Assembly (NCBI GenBank): GCA_044222185.1
Contig: JBGANV010000015.1
Span: 1 to 47,712, forward strand
Reading direction: 5' to 3'
DNA: 47,712 nt
DNA from: Planctomycetota bacterium
Lineage (GTDB): Bacteria > Planctomycetota > GCA-002687715 > CAIWVZ01
Shown: positions 10,901-18,456 of the stretch, in pieces
Layout: every line of letters starts with the position of its first letter
Numbering within the stretch: the stretch's first letter is position 1
Notes under the pieces: generated by a model
Databases searched by the model: none
The model's input: the letters and a program-made list of their open reading frames with translations, nothing else
Told to the model about the DNA's origin: nothing
Position numbers and translations under genes: made by a program

Positions 10901-11086
10901 GGGCGATTGCGCGACCGCCACGTCGCGTGCGAGTTCGAGCGTCTGCCGCAGCTGCTCTCGGAGGTGGGTTCGGCCGACGAGGAGCGCGTCGACGTCGAAG
11001 GCCTCGCCGGTTGCATGAAACCGCACGGCGAGGTCGAAAACGTCGTTGAGGAACGTCTCGTCCGACTCTCTCATCATTGCGCCCAT
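7964..11086 (-). CDS. Hanks-type Ser/Thr protein kinase with TM helix and WD40 repeats
   Basis: Kinase motifs IGRGGVGIVY, VAVKVL, HRDVKPGNIL, DFGL, APEQ, SDVYGLG. TM LAIACVLAGAAATAVALW. Linker motif PPELRGWEW. WD40 repeats GH...V..LAFSPDG..LASGS.D.TVRIWD. Confidence 0.95.
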   Translation of the reverse strand: MGAMMRESDETFLNDVFDLAVRFHATGEAFDVDALLVGRTHLREQLRQTLELARDVAVAQSPHSQPALAPRIRGFSGLEEIGRGGVGIVYRATQESLNRTVAVKVLAPSLALSKRARERFVAEAHAHGRVRHPNVVAVYDIVADGDICAYAMEWVDGQSLARRLEDHQLDFATVARIGAQMARALDAVHDAGLIHRDVKPGNILIRADGVPLLSDFGLVRDAEHRLHTTTGEFIGTLAFAAPEQIRGEQTRIGPRSDVYGLGVTIYTALAGRTPFGASTTAETLRLIESQSPRPLSQFRSGVPPDLMCIIAKAMDRSPDRRYATAAALADDLERFLRFEPILGRPSRLPERARRWMRGHVGTLAIACVLAGAAATAVALWPSDARPVRTEPATARYTSRLALAQVALAGDDGYGAAAILETIPPELRGWEWGHLRSKTDSSRLLGMHDGEITALAMGFDGTRVASGSADGTARIWDLVGGKETLRVKHESPVSAVALSLDGRTLITASKSVALWDSDSGVIRRRFATSIEWTAMACDPSGTRLAAGDAQGMLRLFDVETLRGSDTGVAELPTPRWEVSTGRLAVAAIEFGGSGAWVAAGSGSGFCACDVAKGTVSRRFDGALDIAAHPTRDEVVASSYDSVLMNVKTGARLADFRGHRDRILAAAWTSSGNWFVAGAGDRTLRVWDETGDSIATRLGHAGNVNFVVVAPRTNLVVSASATERAIRVWDLTASDFAVSRISLGRKARHLPVRFATDAKMRFVAISADFRGYSAGVWALDSADEAQGLEFPERGGVHVAVSRDGTRCVSSGSAGIDVFDGDALARAISEGASAAPPALTRIAVVGRRAPLISFGRGHELFVATDDGRVVRHDLDGARGPTVIAAGEDRFVSLDVDPDGGTIAIGLTTGVSLWDVEDRREIRRFNGPECAAVAFSPDGRFLASVGGAGNQLVLWDRAAQRRHAVLSGHDDAVTSLAFSPDGRRLASGSLDRTVRIWDPHSAELVITLRDHPYTVSSVGWTADGTRLISGGGDGRLAVRRAWRR

Positions 11087-11108
11087 GGCCCGGATACTCG
11101 ATCGGGAA

Positions 11109-11163
11109 ACGGCCGTGAATCGGCCGTCATCCTAAGCAACTTCCAGGATTCCTGTGGTAGGCT
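11109..11163. promoter_or_regulatory. Divergent promoter region with a 7-5-7 inverted repeat
   Basis: ACGGCCG-tgaat-CGGCCGT at 11109-11127. A minus-strand -10-like TAGGAT lies at 11129-11134 (toward the kinase). A plus-strand extended -10 TG-G-TAGGCT lies at 11155-11163 (toward the ECF gene). Confidence 0.4.
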
Positions 11164-11175
11164 CCCAAGCCTCTC

Positions 11176-11778
11176 ATGAGCCGGGATGCAGATCTGTCGG
11201 ATTCGGCCGCATGGACACGCCTGGTCGACGCAGCCAATCCAGCGTCGATCCTCGTGGTCATTGCTTCGCGTATGGACGCCGCCTTGTGCCAGCGCGTCGA
11301 CGCCGAAGACATATTGCAGGAGACCCTGTTCAAGGCATGGGAGGCGCGCTCGGAGTTCATGTGGCGTGGTGTGCCTGCGCTCCGGCGAATGCTGATCCGC
11401 ATCGCCGAGCGGGTGATCCAGGACTACCGAGACCACGTACACGCGCAGAAGCGATCGATGTCGCGCACCGTGTCGCTCGCGGCGCCCGGCGGTGAATCGA
11501 GCCATTCGGATCTGGATCCATGGACGACCACCACGCCGAGTCGCGTCGCGGCAGAGCGCGAGCGTGCGAAGGCGATGATGGCCGCGCTCGACGAACTTCC
11601 GGACGACGTCCGCGAGGTCATTCGACTGCGGCTCTTCGAGGAGCTGACGATCGAGGAGGTCAGCGCCAGGCTCGGCCTGGGCGAGTCCGCCGTGCGCCAT
11701 CGATTCCGCAACGGCGCCAGTGTGTACCGCGAGGCTCTCAAGAGGCACCTCGAGACGTCGTCGCGCCCTCCCCGTTGA
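11176..11778 (+). CDS. ECF RNA polymerase sigma factor (Planctomycete-type)
   Basis: Sigma2 RVDAEDILQETLFKAW; linker TTPSRVA; sigma4 ALDELPDDVREVIRLRLFEELTIEEVSARLGLGESAVRHR. Confidence 0.93.
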   Translation: MSRDADLSDSAAWTRLVDAANPASILVVIASRMDAALCQRVDAEDILQETLFKAWEARSEFMWRGVPALRRMLIRIAERVIQDYRDHVHAQKRSMSRTVSLAAPGGESSHSDLDPWTTTTPSRVAAERERAKAMMAALDELPDDVREVIRLRLFEELTIEEVSARLGLGESAVRHRFRNGASVYREALKRHLETSSRPPR

Positions 11779-12623
11779 ACGACGACGGAGCCTGAACCCC
11801 GGAGCCGTTCCGACGAACACGGGCGGGAAGAGCGACTGGGCCGGCCAGCTCCGCTCATTCCGACCGACCGATCGGATGCGGATTCGGGGTCCGAACATCT
11901 CCGGCTCGACTCGTTCCAGGGTTCCAGTTTCGGCAGTTGGTGGCCACACGCGTTGAAGGTCGGTGTCCGCCCGGGTCCCACGGATGCCCGAAGGGGCGAC
12001 AGGGGTCGGGCGTCGTATTCGATCGCTCGCCGCCGCCGGCCCCGTGCCAGCCGGGCGGCGCACCTTTCGGATGGCGCGGGGCCGCGACGCAAGGAACAAC
12101 GGATTTCGTCGGCGGCACCGTCGGCGGAATTCGGGGACCGGCGTCGACGGTTCGCGGTCTGAATTCCGTTCAGGGGGGCGGGATGGAGCCCGAGGCCTCC
12201 CGAGGATCGACGTGAAATGAACCGACGAAATGGACAGGCCGTCGTTGATTCGCTGCGAACGCCGCACTCGGCGTCGGAGTCGCAGCGATCGGCCATGCGG
12301 CCACATCGGTCGCCGCCCAGCGCGGTGCGCCTGCCGCATGCGCGCAGGCCTCGCGTGGCGAGGAACCGCCACATGGCCTCGCCGACGGCGTGCCCCCGCA
12401 CCAGGTCCACGGGTCGCCGAACCTTCGTGCGCAGGGCTTTCGGTGCCGGAGCCCGACACGGTCGGTGCCGCGATCAGGCCCCGGGCGCAGACGTGCCACG
12501 TGTGACCCGCGTCTCGCCGGCAGCGCCTGGATTCCGGCGTGCGATCCGCCTTCGACCTCGCGAACGAGGGCGAAGCTTCGCGACATTCCCGAGGCCGTCG
12601 GAGTCCGCTTCCCGGAGCTCGCC

Positions 12624-15600
12624 ATGAATCGATTCCCGCTCGCCCTGATGCTCGTCGCTGCCGTGGGAGTCGCCGTGGACGGCCAGGCGACATGGACCGG
12701 TGCTGTCGACGGCAACTGGTTCACGAGCGGCAACTGGGCGGGGAACACGCTGCCCTCGTCGTCCGTCGGGGCGACCATACCGGCAGGGACGCCGCATTCG
12801 CCGAGCCTCTCTTCCGCGGCAACGTGCCTGGACTTGACCGTGGTTTCCGGGGCGACGCTCACGATCGCCGCGGGCGCCCAGCTGGATGTCCTTGGAGCCA
12901 TGGGGGGAGGTGGTTCCGTGCAGGGCGCCGGTTTCATCCGGGCAAGCGGGGGATCGCCCGGGTTCATTCAAGGCCTGACGATCGCGAACGTCGAGATCGC
13001 GAAGATTCCCGGAGCGTACACCTACGTCATCGGTGCCGTGGCGGCGACCGGCTCCCTCATCGTCACGGAGGGGATTCTCGCGGTCGGGAACTATGGTGCA
13101 GGCGACTTCCTCTCGGTCGGCGGAAACGCCACGTTCCAGGGCGGCTATCTGTATGGCCGCGCCAACGTCGGAACGATCGAAGTCGCGGGGCATACGACGT
13201 TCATGGGGGGGCTCATTTTTGGGGCCGTGCCTTCGTTCATCTGCCACGGGAACTGGACCTGTGACACCAACGTTTCGCTCCAGGGCCATGTGTCGACCGT
13301 CACGATGGCGGGGCCCAATCCACAGACGATCAGCGGCACCGGGCCGAACTTCACCAACCTGATCATCTCTGCCGTGGCAAGCGTGACGACGACGGGCAAC
13401 CTGCTCGTCCATGGCGATCTGAACGTCAATGGTGCGCTCTCCGTCGGCGGTGTGCTGGACGTCGACCGGCATCTCACGGTCGCCACTGGTGCGACGCTGA
13501 ATACCGCAACAGGGACTCACGCCATCGGCGGCAACCTGAGTGTCTACGGGACTCTCAATACGCCGGGCCTGATCAGGTTCGACACCGATTTCACGGCGAC
13601 GGTGACGGCGGTCGCGCCACTCGCAAACGACGTCGAGATCACGAAGAACTCGAACGGCTACATCTACATCAACGGGGCTCTGACGATCTCGGGCTCGCTG
13701 ACGCTCGCCTTGGGGTTCCTCCAGGTGGGCGGCTACTCGGCGAGTGATCATCTCTCGATCGGCGGGAACGCCAGCTTCCAGGGTGGCCTCCTCACAGGCG
13801 GCTTCAACATCGGGACGATCGACGTCACGGGGAACGTGGCGTTCTCAGGCACTTTCGCCGCCGGAAACCAGCCCACGATCCGCTGTCATGGGAACTGGAC
13901 GGCGGACGGGAGCTATGCCCCGAATGCGCCCATCGGTACGGCCATCTTCCAGGGGCCCGGCCCGCACGTCATCGGCGGTTCGGGTCCGCGATTCCAGACC
14001 GTGATCGTCCCCGTGGGTTCGTCGGTGAATACGTCCGTCGGCCTCGTGATCGGCGGCGCATTGAGCGTCGTGGGCTCGCTCACGTCGACCGCAACCAACC
14101 AGCCATTCTCCGTCGGCGGGTCGCTCACCGTCAGTGGAACGCTCTCTGCCGCCGCGACGCTGGACGTCGATGGCGATCTCAGCATCAGCGCCGGCGCATC
14201 GGTTGCAGCCGGTGCGGGAACCCACACGTTGGCGGCCAACCTCACCGTCAATGGCGCCCTCTCCGCTCCGGGAGTCATCCGGCTCGACACCGGCGGCACC
14301 ACATTGATCCAATGCGGACCGGGCCTCGCCAGTGATCTCGAAATCGCGAAGAGTCCCGGAGCGTACGCCTACGTCATCGGTGCGCTCGCGGCCACTGGAT
14401 CCCTCACCGTCACGGGCGGGATCCTCTCGGTGGGGAGCTACGGACCCGGCGACTTCCTTTCGGTCGGCGGAAACGCCACGTTTCAGGGCGGATACCTGGG
14501 CGGGGGCGCCAACGTGGGAACGATCGAAGTCGCCGGTCATACGACGTTCACGGGCAGCCTCATCTCCGGGACCGTGCCTTCGTTCATCTGTCACGGCAAC
14601 TGGACCTGTGACAACAACTTCTCGATCCCGGGTCACGTGTCGACGGTCACGATGGCGGGGCCGAACCCACAGACGATCGGTGGCACCGGGGCGAACTTCA
14701 CCAACCTCACGATCGGCTCTGGCTCGAGCACGACGGCGCTCGCGGACGTCACCATTTTCGGCTCGACGTTCACGATCCAGCCCGGGGGAACCTTCAATAC
14801 GGGGGCGAGGAAGACCACTGTCGAAGGAAGCGCCGCCACGACCGTGAGCGTGAACGGTGTTCTGACGGTGCCGTCCGATGGCGAACTCGCGCTCGGGCCG
14901 GGTGTCACGGCAACCGTCGGTGCTTCGGGCACCATCCAATTGTTGGGGACCTCGGCGTTGCCGGCCGTGCTTTCGGGCGCGTCGGGCGGCGGCTACGCCT
15001 TCAACGTCGATGGAACGATCGCGGCGTCGAACTTCGTTTGCCAGGAGATGGGGGCCAACGGGATCTCCATCTCCTCGGCGGCCCAGATCGCTCCGCCTCC
15101 GAACGATCTACGCAACGGCGTCTTCACCAACCCGTCGCTCGCGACGAACGCCGTTCTCCTGAGGATCGAGAGGCCAGCGCCCCAGGAGTTCTTCGACCTT
15201 TCGTTCCTGAACCAGACGACGAATACGACCGCACGCAACGTGAGGACGACGTCCCCGAGCGCCCCGATCACGTTCACGGACTTCTCGGGCGCGTTCTCCG
15301 GCCCGCCGTTCGAAAACGACCCGAACAACCTGATCACGTGGAACCCGTCCGTGACGTCGTTCACCGCGACGCCCGGCCTGAGCCAGGTGAGTCTCGCCTG
15401 GCAGACGATCAACGAGTTCGAGCTGCAAAGCTCGATCCTCGAGCGGAGCACGAGCCTGGCGGGGCCCTTCATTCAGATCGCGGTGATTCCGTCGACTGGA
15501 GTCGGCGCCTACTCCCATCTCGACACCGGCCTCGTCGGCGGGCAGGTGCTGTACTACCGGCTTTCCCTCCGTCGCATCGACAACGTCATCGCGTCCACGT

Positions 15601-18440
15601 CGACGATTTCGGCGACCCCCAGTGGTCCACCGATCATCAATACCGGCCCGCAGTCGCAAAACGTGTGCGCGGGTGCCTCCGTCACGTTCGCCATCGGCCT
15701 CTCGGGCTCAGCGCCCTTCACCTACCTTTGGTCGAAGGATGGGGTGCCGACCGGCGTGACGTCTGCGTCGTATCCAGCCTTCAGCGCGACTCCGTCCAAT
15801 GCGGGCGTTTACAGAGTTCAGGTCACGAACGCTTTCGGTTCGGTGACGAGCGCAGGCGCCACGTTGATCGTCAGGACGCCGCCCGTCGTGACGACTCCTC
15901 CCGCGAGCGGCTCGGCTTGCGTCGGGTTTTCGGCGACGCTGTCGGTGGTGGCATCCGGGACGGTGCCCCACCAATACCAATGGTTTCACGATGGCATGGC
16001 CATCGCCGGTGCGACGTCCAATCCGCTCATCATCCCCTCGTTCACCACGAGGGAGGCCGGCTCCTATCACGTGGTGGTCTCGAATTCGTGTGGAAGCGCC
16101 ACCAGTGCCGCGGCGACGCTCGCGGCCGTGGTCTCGCCCGTGATCGCCACACACCCGACGAGTCAGTCGATCTGTCCCGGTACTGCCGCGAGCTTCACGG
16201 TCGCGTTGGCCCAGGGGACGAGTCCGATCACCTATACATGGCGGCACGGCACGACCGTCGTTCAGGCGTCCACCAATCCCACCTTCACGATCCCCAATGC
16301 CGTGCTGGCAGACCTCGGGCCCTACACCGTCACGGCGAGCAACGGGTGCACGGACGCCACGAGTCAGATCGCGACGCTCGCGTTCGACCAATTGCCGGCG
16401 ATCACGAGCCAGACGGGCAACCAGGTTCCGCTCCCCGGCGCGGAGGTCACGCTTTCGGTCGATGCCAGGGGGACGCCGCCCTTCTCCTATCAGTGGCGTC
16501 TGGGTGGCATGGCGATTTCCGATGCCCTCGCGAGCACGTACACGTTCACGGCCCCGACCGTCCAGGGTGTCCTCGGAACCTACGACTGCGTCGTGTCGAA
16601 CCAGTGCCCCAACAGCGCGACGGCGAGCGCTCCGATCACCGTCACGGTCGCCGAACTTCCGCAGATCACGCAGCAGCCGGCGAATGTCGCGCTGTCGCTG
16701 TGCGGGAACAACCCGACGGCCACGTTCACCGTGTCGGCGACGAGCCAGTTCGGCCTCACCTACCAATGGCGTTGGAACTCGAATCCAATCACGGGCGCCA
16801 CCGGTCCATCGCTGACGTTGAGCCAGGTGACCCAGGCCGAACTCGGCGTCTACGACGTCGTCGTCACGAACATCCAGGGATCCGTCACGAGTTCGGGTGC
16901 GGTTCTGAGCTTCGCCGGATTCAGTCTGGCGGGGCAGCCCTCGGTCGGCAACGCACCGAAGGACGTCGCGATGGCTGAGTTGTTGGCGCCGCTGGATGGA
17001 ATCCCGGACGTGATCACGGCGGACTCCGGCAGTGACACCGTCACCGTGATGCGTCTCGGGAGCAACGCCGTTCCGACGTCGATCGTGTCGGTTCCTCTCG
17101 TGGTGGGGGATTCTCCGTCGGGCGTCGCCGCGGGGTCTCTGATATCGGGCGGTGGGACGGACCTTGCGGTGGCGTGTCCCGGCAATGGCGTCGTGCGCGT
17201 GCTCAGCAACTCGGGAACGCTCGTTTCGGCCACGTCGATCGCGGCCCCGCCGGGTACGCAGCGGCCGGTCGCCGTGGCGAGCGCAAACCTGAATGGCACG
17301 CCGGCCATCGCCATGGCGCTCGAAGGCAGCGCGGCAGCAACCGGCGGGGGCGTTGCAGTCGCCCTCGGCAACGGCGCGACGTTCGGCTCCGCCACCTTGC
17401 TCCCGGCGCCCAGCGGCGGATTCCGTCGCGTGAAGCAGGTCGCATTCGCCGACCTGGATGGCGACCAGGACCTGGATCTCGTCGCGACCATGGGCGGGAC
17501 GACCACCACTCCGACGGTGAGCGGGAACATCCTGCTCTACGCGAACGCCGGGAATGGCTCGTTCACGCTCGCGGGCACGCTGTCGGCGAATCAGAACCCG
17601 CGGGGCCTCGCAATCGCCGACCTCGACGGAGATGGGAAGAACGACGTTGCCGTGACGTACGAGACGCCCGTCGCCGTCACGCCGGGCGGAATCCTGATCT
17701 TCATTCACGGCAACAACGCCGGCATGTCGCCGGCAAGCTTCAATGCGCCGTTGGCGTTCAGCTCCGGCGTCGGTCCCGTCGACGTGGTGGCGGTCGATCT
17801 CGGCGATGACACGATCCCGGGTTTCGTATCGAAGATGGACCTCGTCACCGTCAACGCCGCAAGCGTCGATCTCTCGCTCTACCGGTCTTTCACGGGCTCC
17901 GCCTTCACGACGACGACGGTCTGCGCCGCCCCCGGCACCTCGATCGCGGCCGCCGACCTCAATCGCGACGCCGCGCCCGATCTCGTGGCGTCGAACGAGA
18001 GTTCGGGCCGAGTCAACATCGTGCTCTCCGTGTCGGAGGCGCAGGTGCAGGTGTTTGGAACGGGATGCTCGGGGACGGGCGGACTCGTGCCCCAGCTTTC
18101 GCCGATCGGGTTGCCGCGGTTCGGGGGTGCGCCGTTCGGTGTCCAACTTTCGAACGCGCGCGCTGCGTCGCCGGTGCTCGCCGTGTTCTCGTTGCCGCCA
18201 ACGCCCTTGGCGCAGCCACTCGGCGGCGGCTGCATGGCATACGTGACGGTCGACCAGGTCGTCCTGCAACTCCTGACTGATGCTCAAGGTGCCGCGTCGG
18301 CGAGCTTTGGTTTGCCGCCGGCCCAGCCTCCGTTCATCGGGATGAAGGTCACCGCCCAGCTCGCGGTGCTGGATCCGTCAGGCGCGTACATGAACACACT
18401 CGCCCTCAGCAATGGCCTTCGTCTCCGTTTCGGCTTCTGA
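12624..18440 (+). CDS. Giant secreted adhesin-like protein (beta-helix-like repeats, FN3-like, 5 Ig, FG-GAP/VCBS propeller, C-terminal domain)
   Basis: GGAG SD precedes ATG 12624; signal peptide ends VDG|Q, followed by TWTGAVDGNW..GNW. Three G/N/T-rich repeats, an FN3-like SFTATPG..V.L.W.T..E module, five Ig domains (YQW...G.Y.V.V.N) and FG-GAP motifs (DLDGDQDLDLV, DLDGDGKNDVAV, DLNRDAAPDLV). Confidence 0.92.
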   Translation: MNRFPLALMLVAAVGVAVDGQATWTGAVDGNWFTSGNWAGNTLPSSSVGATIPAGTPHSPSLSSAATCLDLTVVSGATLTIAAGAQLDVLGAMGGGGSVQGAGFIRASGGSPGFIQGLTIANVEIAKIPGAYTYVIGAVAATGSLIVTEGILAVGNYGAGDFLSVGGNATFQGGYLYGRANVGTIEVAGHTTFMGGLIFGAVPSFICHGNWTCDTNVSLQGHVSTVTMAGPNPQTISGTGPNFTNLIISAVASVTTTGNLLVHGDLNVNGALSVGGVLDVDRHLTVATGATLNTATGTHAIGGNLSVYGTLNTPGLIRFDTDFTATVTAVAPLANDVEITKNSNGYIYINGALTISGSLTLALGFLQVGGYSASDHLSIGGNASFQGGLLTGGFNIGTIDVTGNVAFSGTFAAGNQPTIRCHGNWTADGSYAPNAPIGTAIFQGPGPHVIGGSGPRFQTVIVPVGSSVNTSVGLVIGGALSVVGSLTSTATNQPFSVGGSLTVSGTLSAAATLDVDGDLSISAGASVAAGAGTHTLAANLTVNGALSAPGVIRLDTGGTTLIQCGPGLASDLEIAKSPGAYAYVIGALAATGSLTVTGGILSVGSYGPGDFLSVGGNATFQGGYLGGGANVGTIEVAGHTTFTGSLISGTVPSFICHGNWTCDNNFSIPGHVSTVTMAGPNPQTIGGTGANFTNLTIGSGSSTTALADVTIFGSTFTIQPGGTFNTGARKTTVEGSAATTVSVNGVLTVPSDGELALGPGVTATVGASGTIQLLGTSALPAVLSGASGGGYAFNVDGTIAASNFVCQEMGANGISISSAAQIAPPPNDLRNGVFTNPSLATNAVLLRIERPAPQEFFDLSFLNQTTNTTARNVRTTSPSAPITFTDFSGAFSGPPFENDPNNLITWNPSVTSFTATPGLSQVSLAWQTINEFELQSSILERSTSLAGPFIQIAVIPSTGVGAYSHLDTGLVGGQVLYYRLSLRRIDNVIASTSTISATPSGPPIINTGPQSQNVCAGASVTFAIGLSGSAPFTYLWSKDGVPTGVTSASYPAFSATPSNAGVYRVQVTNAFGSVTSAGATLIVRTPPVVTTPPASGSACVGFSATLSVVASGTVPHQYQWFHDGMAIAGATSNPLIIPSFTTREAGSYHVVVSNSCGSATSAAATLAAVVSPVIATHPTSQSICPGTAASFTVALAQGTSPITYTWRHGTTVVQASTNPTFTIPNAVLADLGPYTVTASNGCTDATSQIATLAFDQLPAITSQTGNQVPLPGAEVTLSVDARGTPPFSYQWRLGGMAISDALASTYTFTAPTVQGVLGTYDCVVSNQCPNSATASAPITVTVAELPQITQQPANVALSLCGNNPTATFTVSATSQFGLTYQWRWNSNPITGATGPSLTLSQVTQAELGVYDVVVTNIQGSVTSSGAVLSFAGFSLAGQPSVGNAPKDVAMAELLAPLDGIPDVITADSGSDTVTVMRLGSNAVPTSIVSVPLVVGDSPSGVAAGSLISGGGTDLAVACPGNGVVRVLSNSGTLVSATSIAAPPGTQRPVAVASANLNGTPAIAMALEGSAAATGGGVAVALGNGATFGSATLLPAPSGGFRRVKQVAFADLDGDQDLDLVATMGGTTTTPTVSGNILLYANAGNGSFTLAGTLSANQNPRGLAIADLDGDGKNDVAVTYETPVAVTPGGILIFIHGNNAGMSPASFNAPLAFSSGVGPVDVVAVDLGDDTIPGFVSKMDLVTVNAASVDLSLYRSFTGSAFTTTTVCAAPGTSIAAADLNRDAAPDLVASNESSGRVNIVLSVSEAQVQVFGTGCSGTGGLVPQLSPIGLPRFGGAPFGVQLSNARAASPVLAVFSLPPTPLAQPLGGGCMAYVTVDQVVLQLLTDAQGAASASFGLPPAQPPFIGMKVTAQLAVLDPSGAYMNTLALSNGLRLRFGF
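12993..14714 (+). repeat. Three internal repeats (A-B-A') in the giant protein
   Basis: Units start at EIAK 12993, EITK 13635 and EIAK 14340. Units 1 and 3 are clearly similar at DNA level (for example GDFLSVGGNATFQGGYL and PSFICHGNWTCD..HVSTVTMAGPNPQTI); unit 2 is more diverged. Confidence 0.85.
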
Positions 18441-18456
18441 GAGGAAAGGAATCGTC

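Noticed and set aside
12993-14714. TR/VR pair of a DGR
   Set aside because: Both copies are in-frame coding, and the differences affect all four bases, often at third codon positions, rather than adenines only.
15708-18287. Long antisense or alternative-frame ORFs (for example 15708-18287 minus, 15038-16978, 11074-12693, 29799-31421, 797-1972)
   Set aside because: Arg/Pro/Ala-rich shadow frames expected in high-GC DNA, overlapping well-supported genes or lacking any domain signal.
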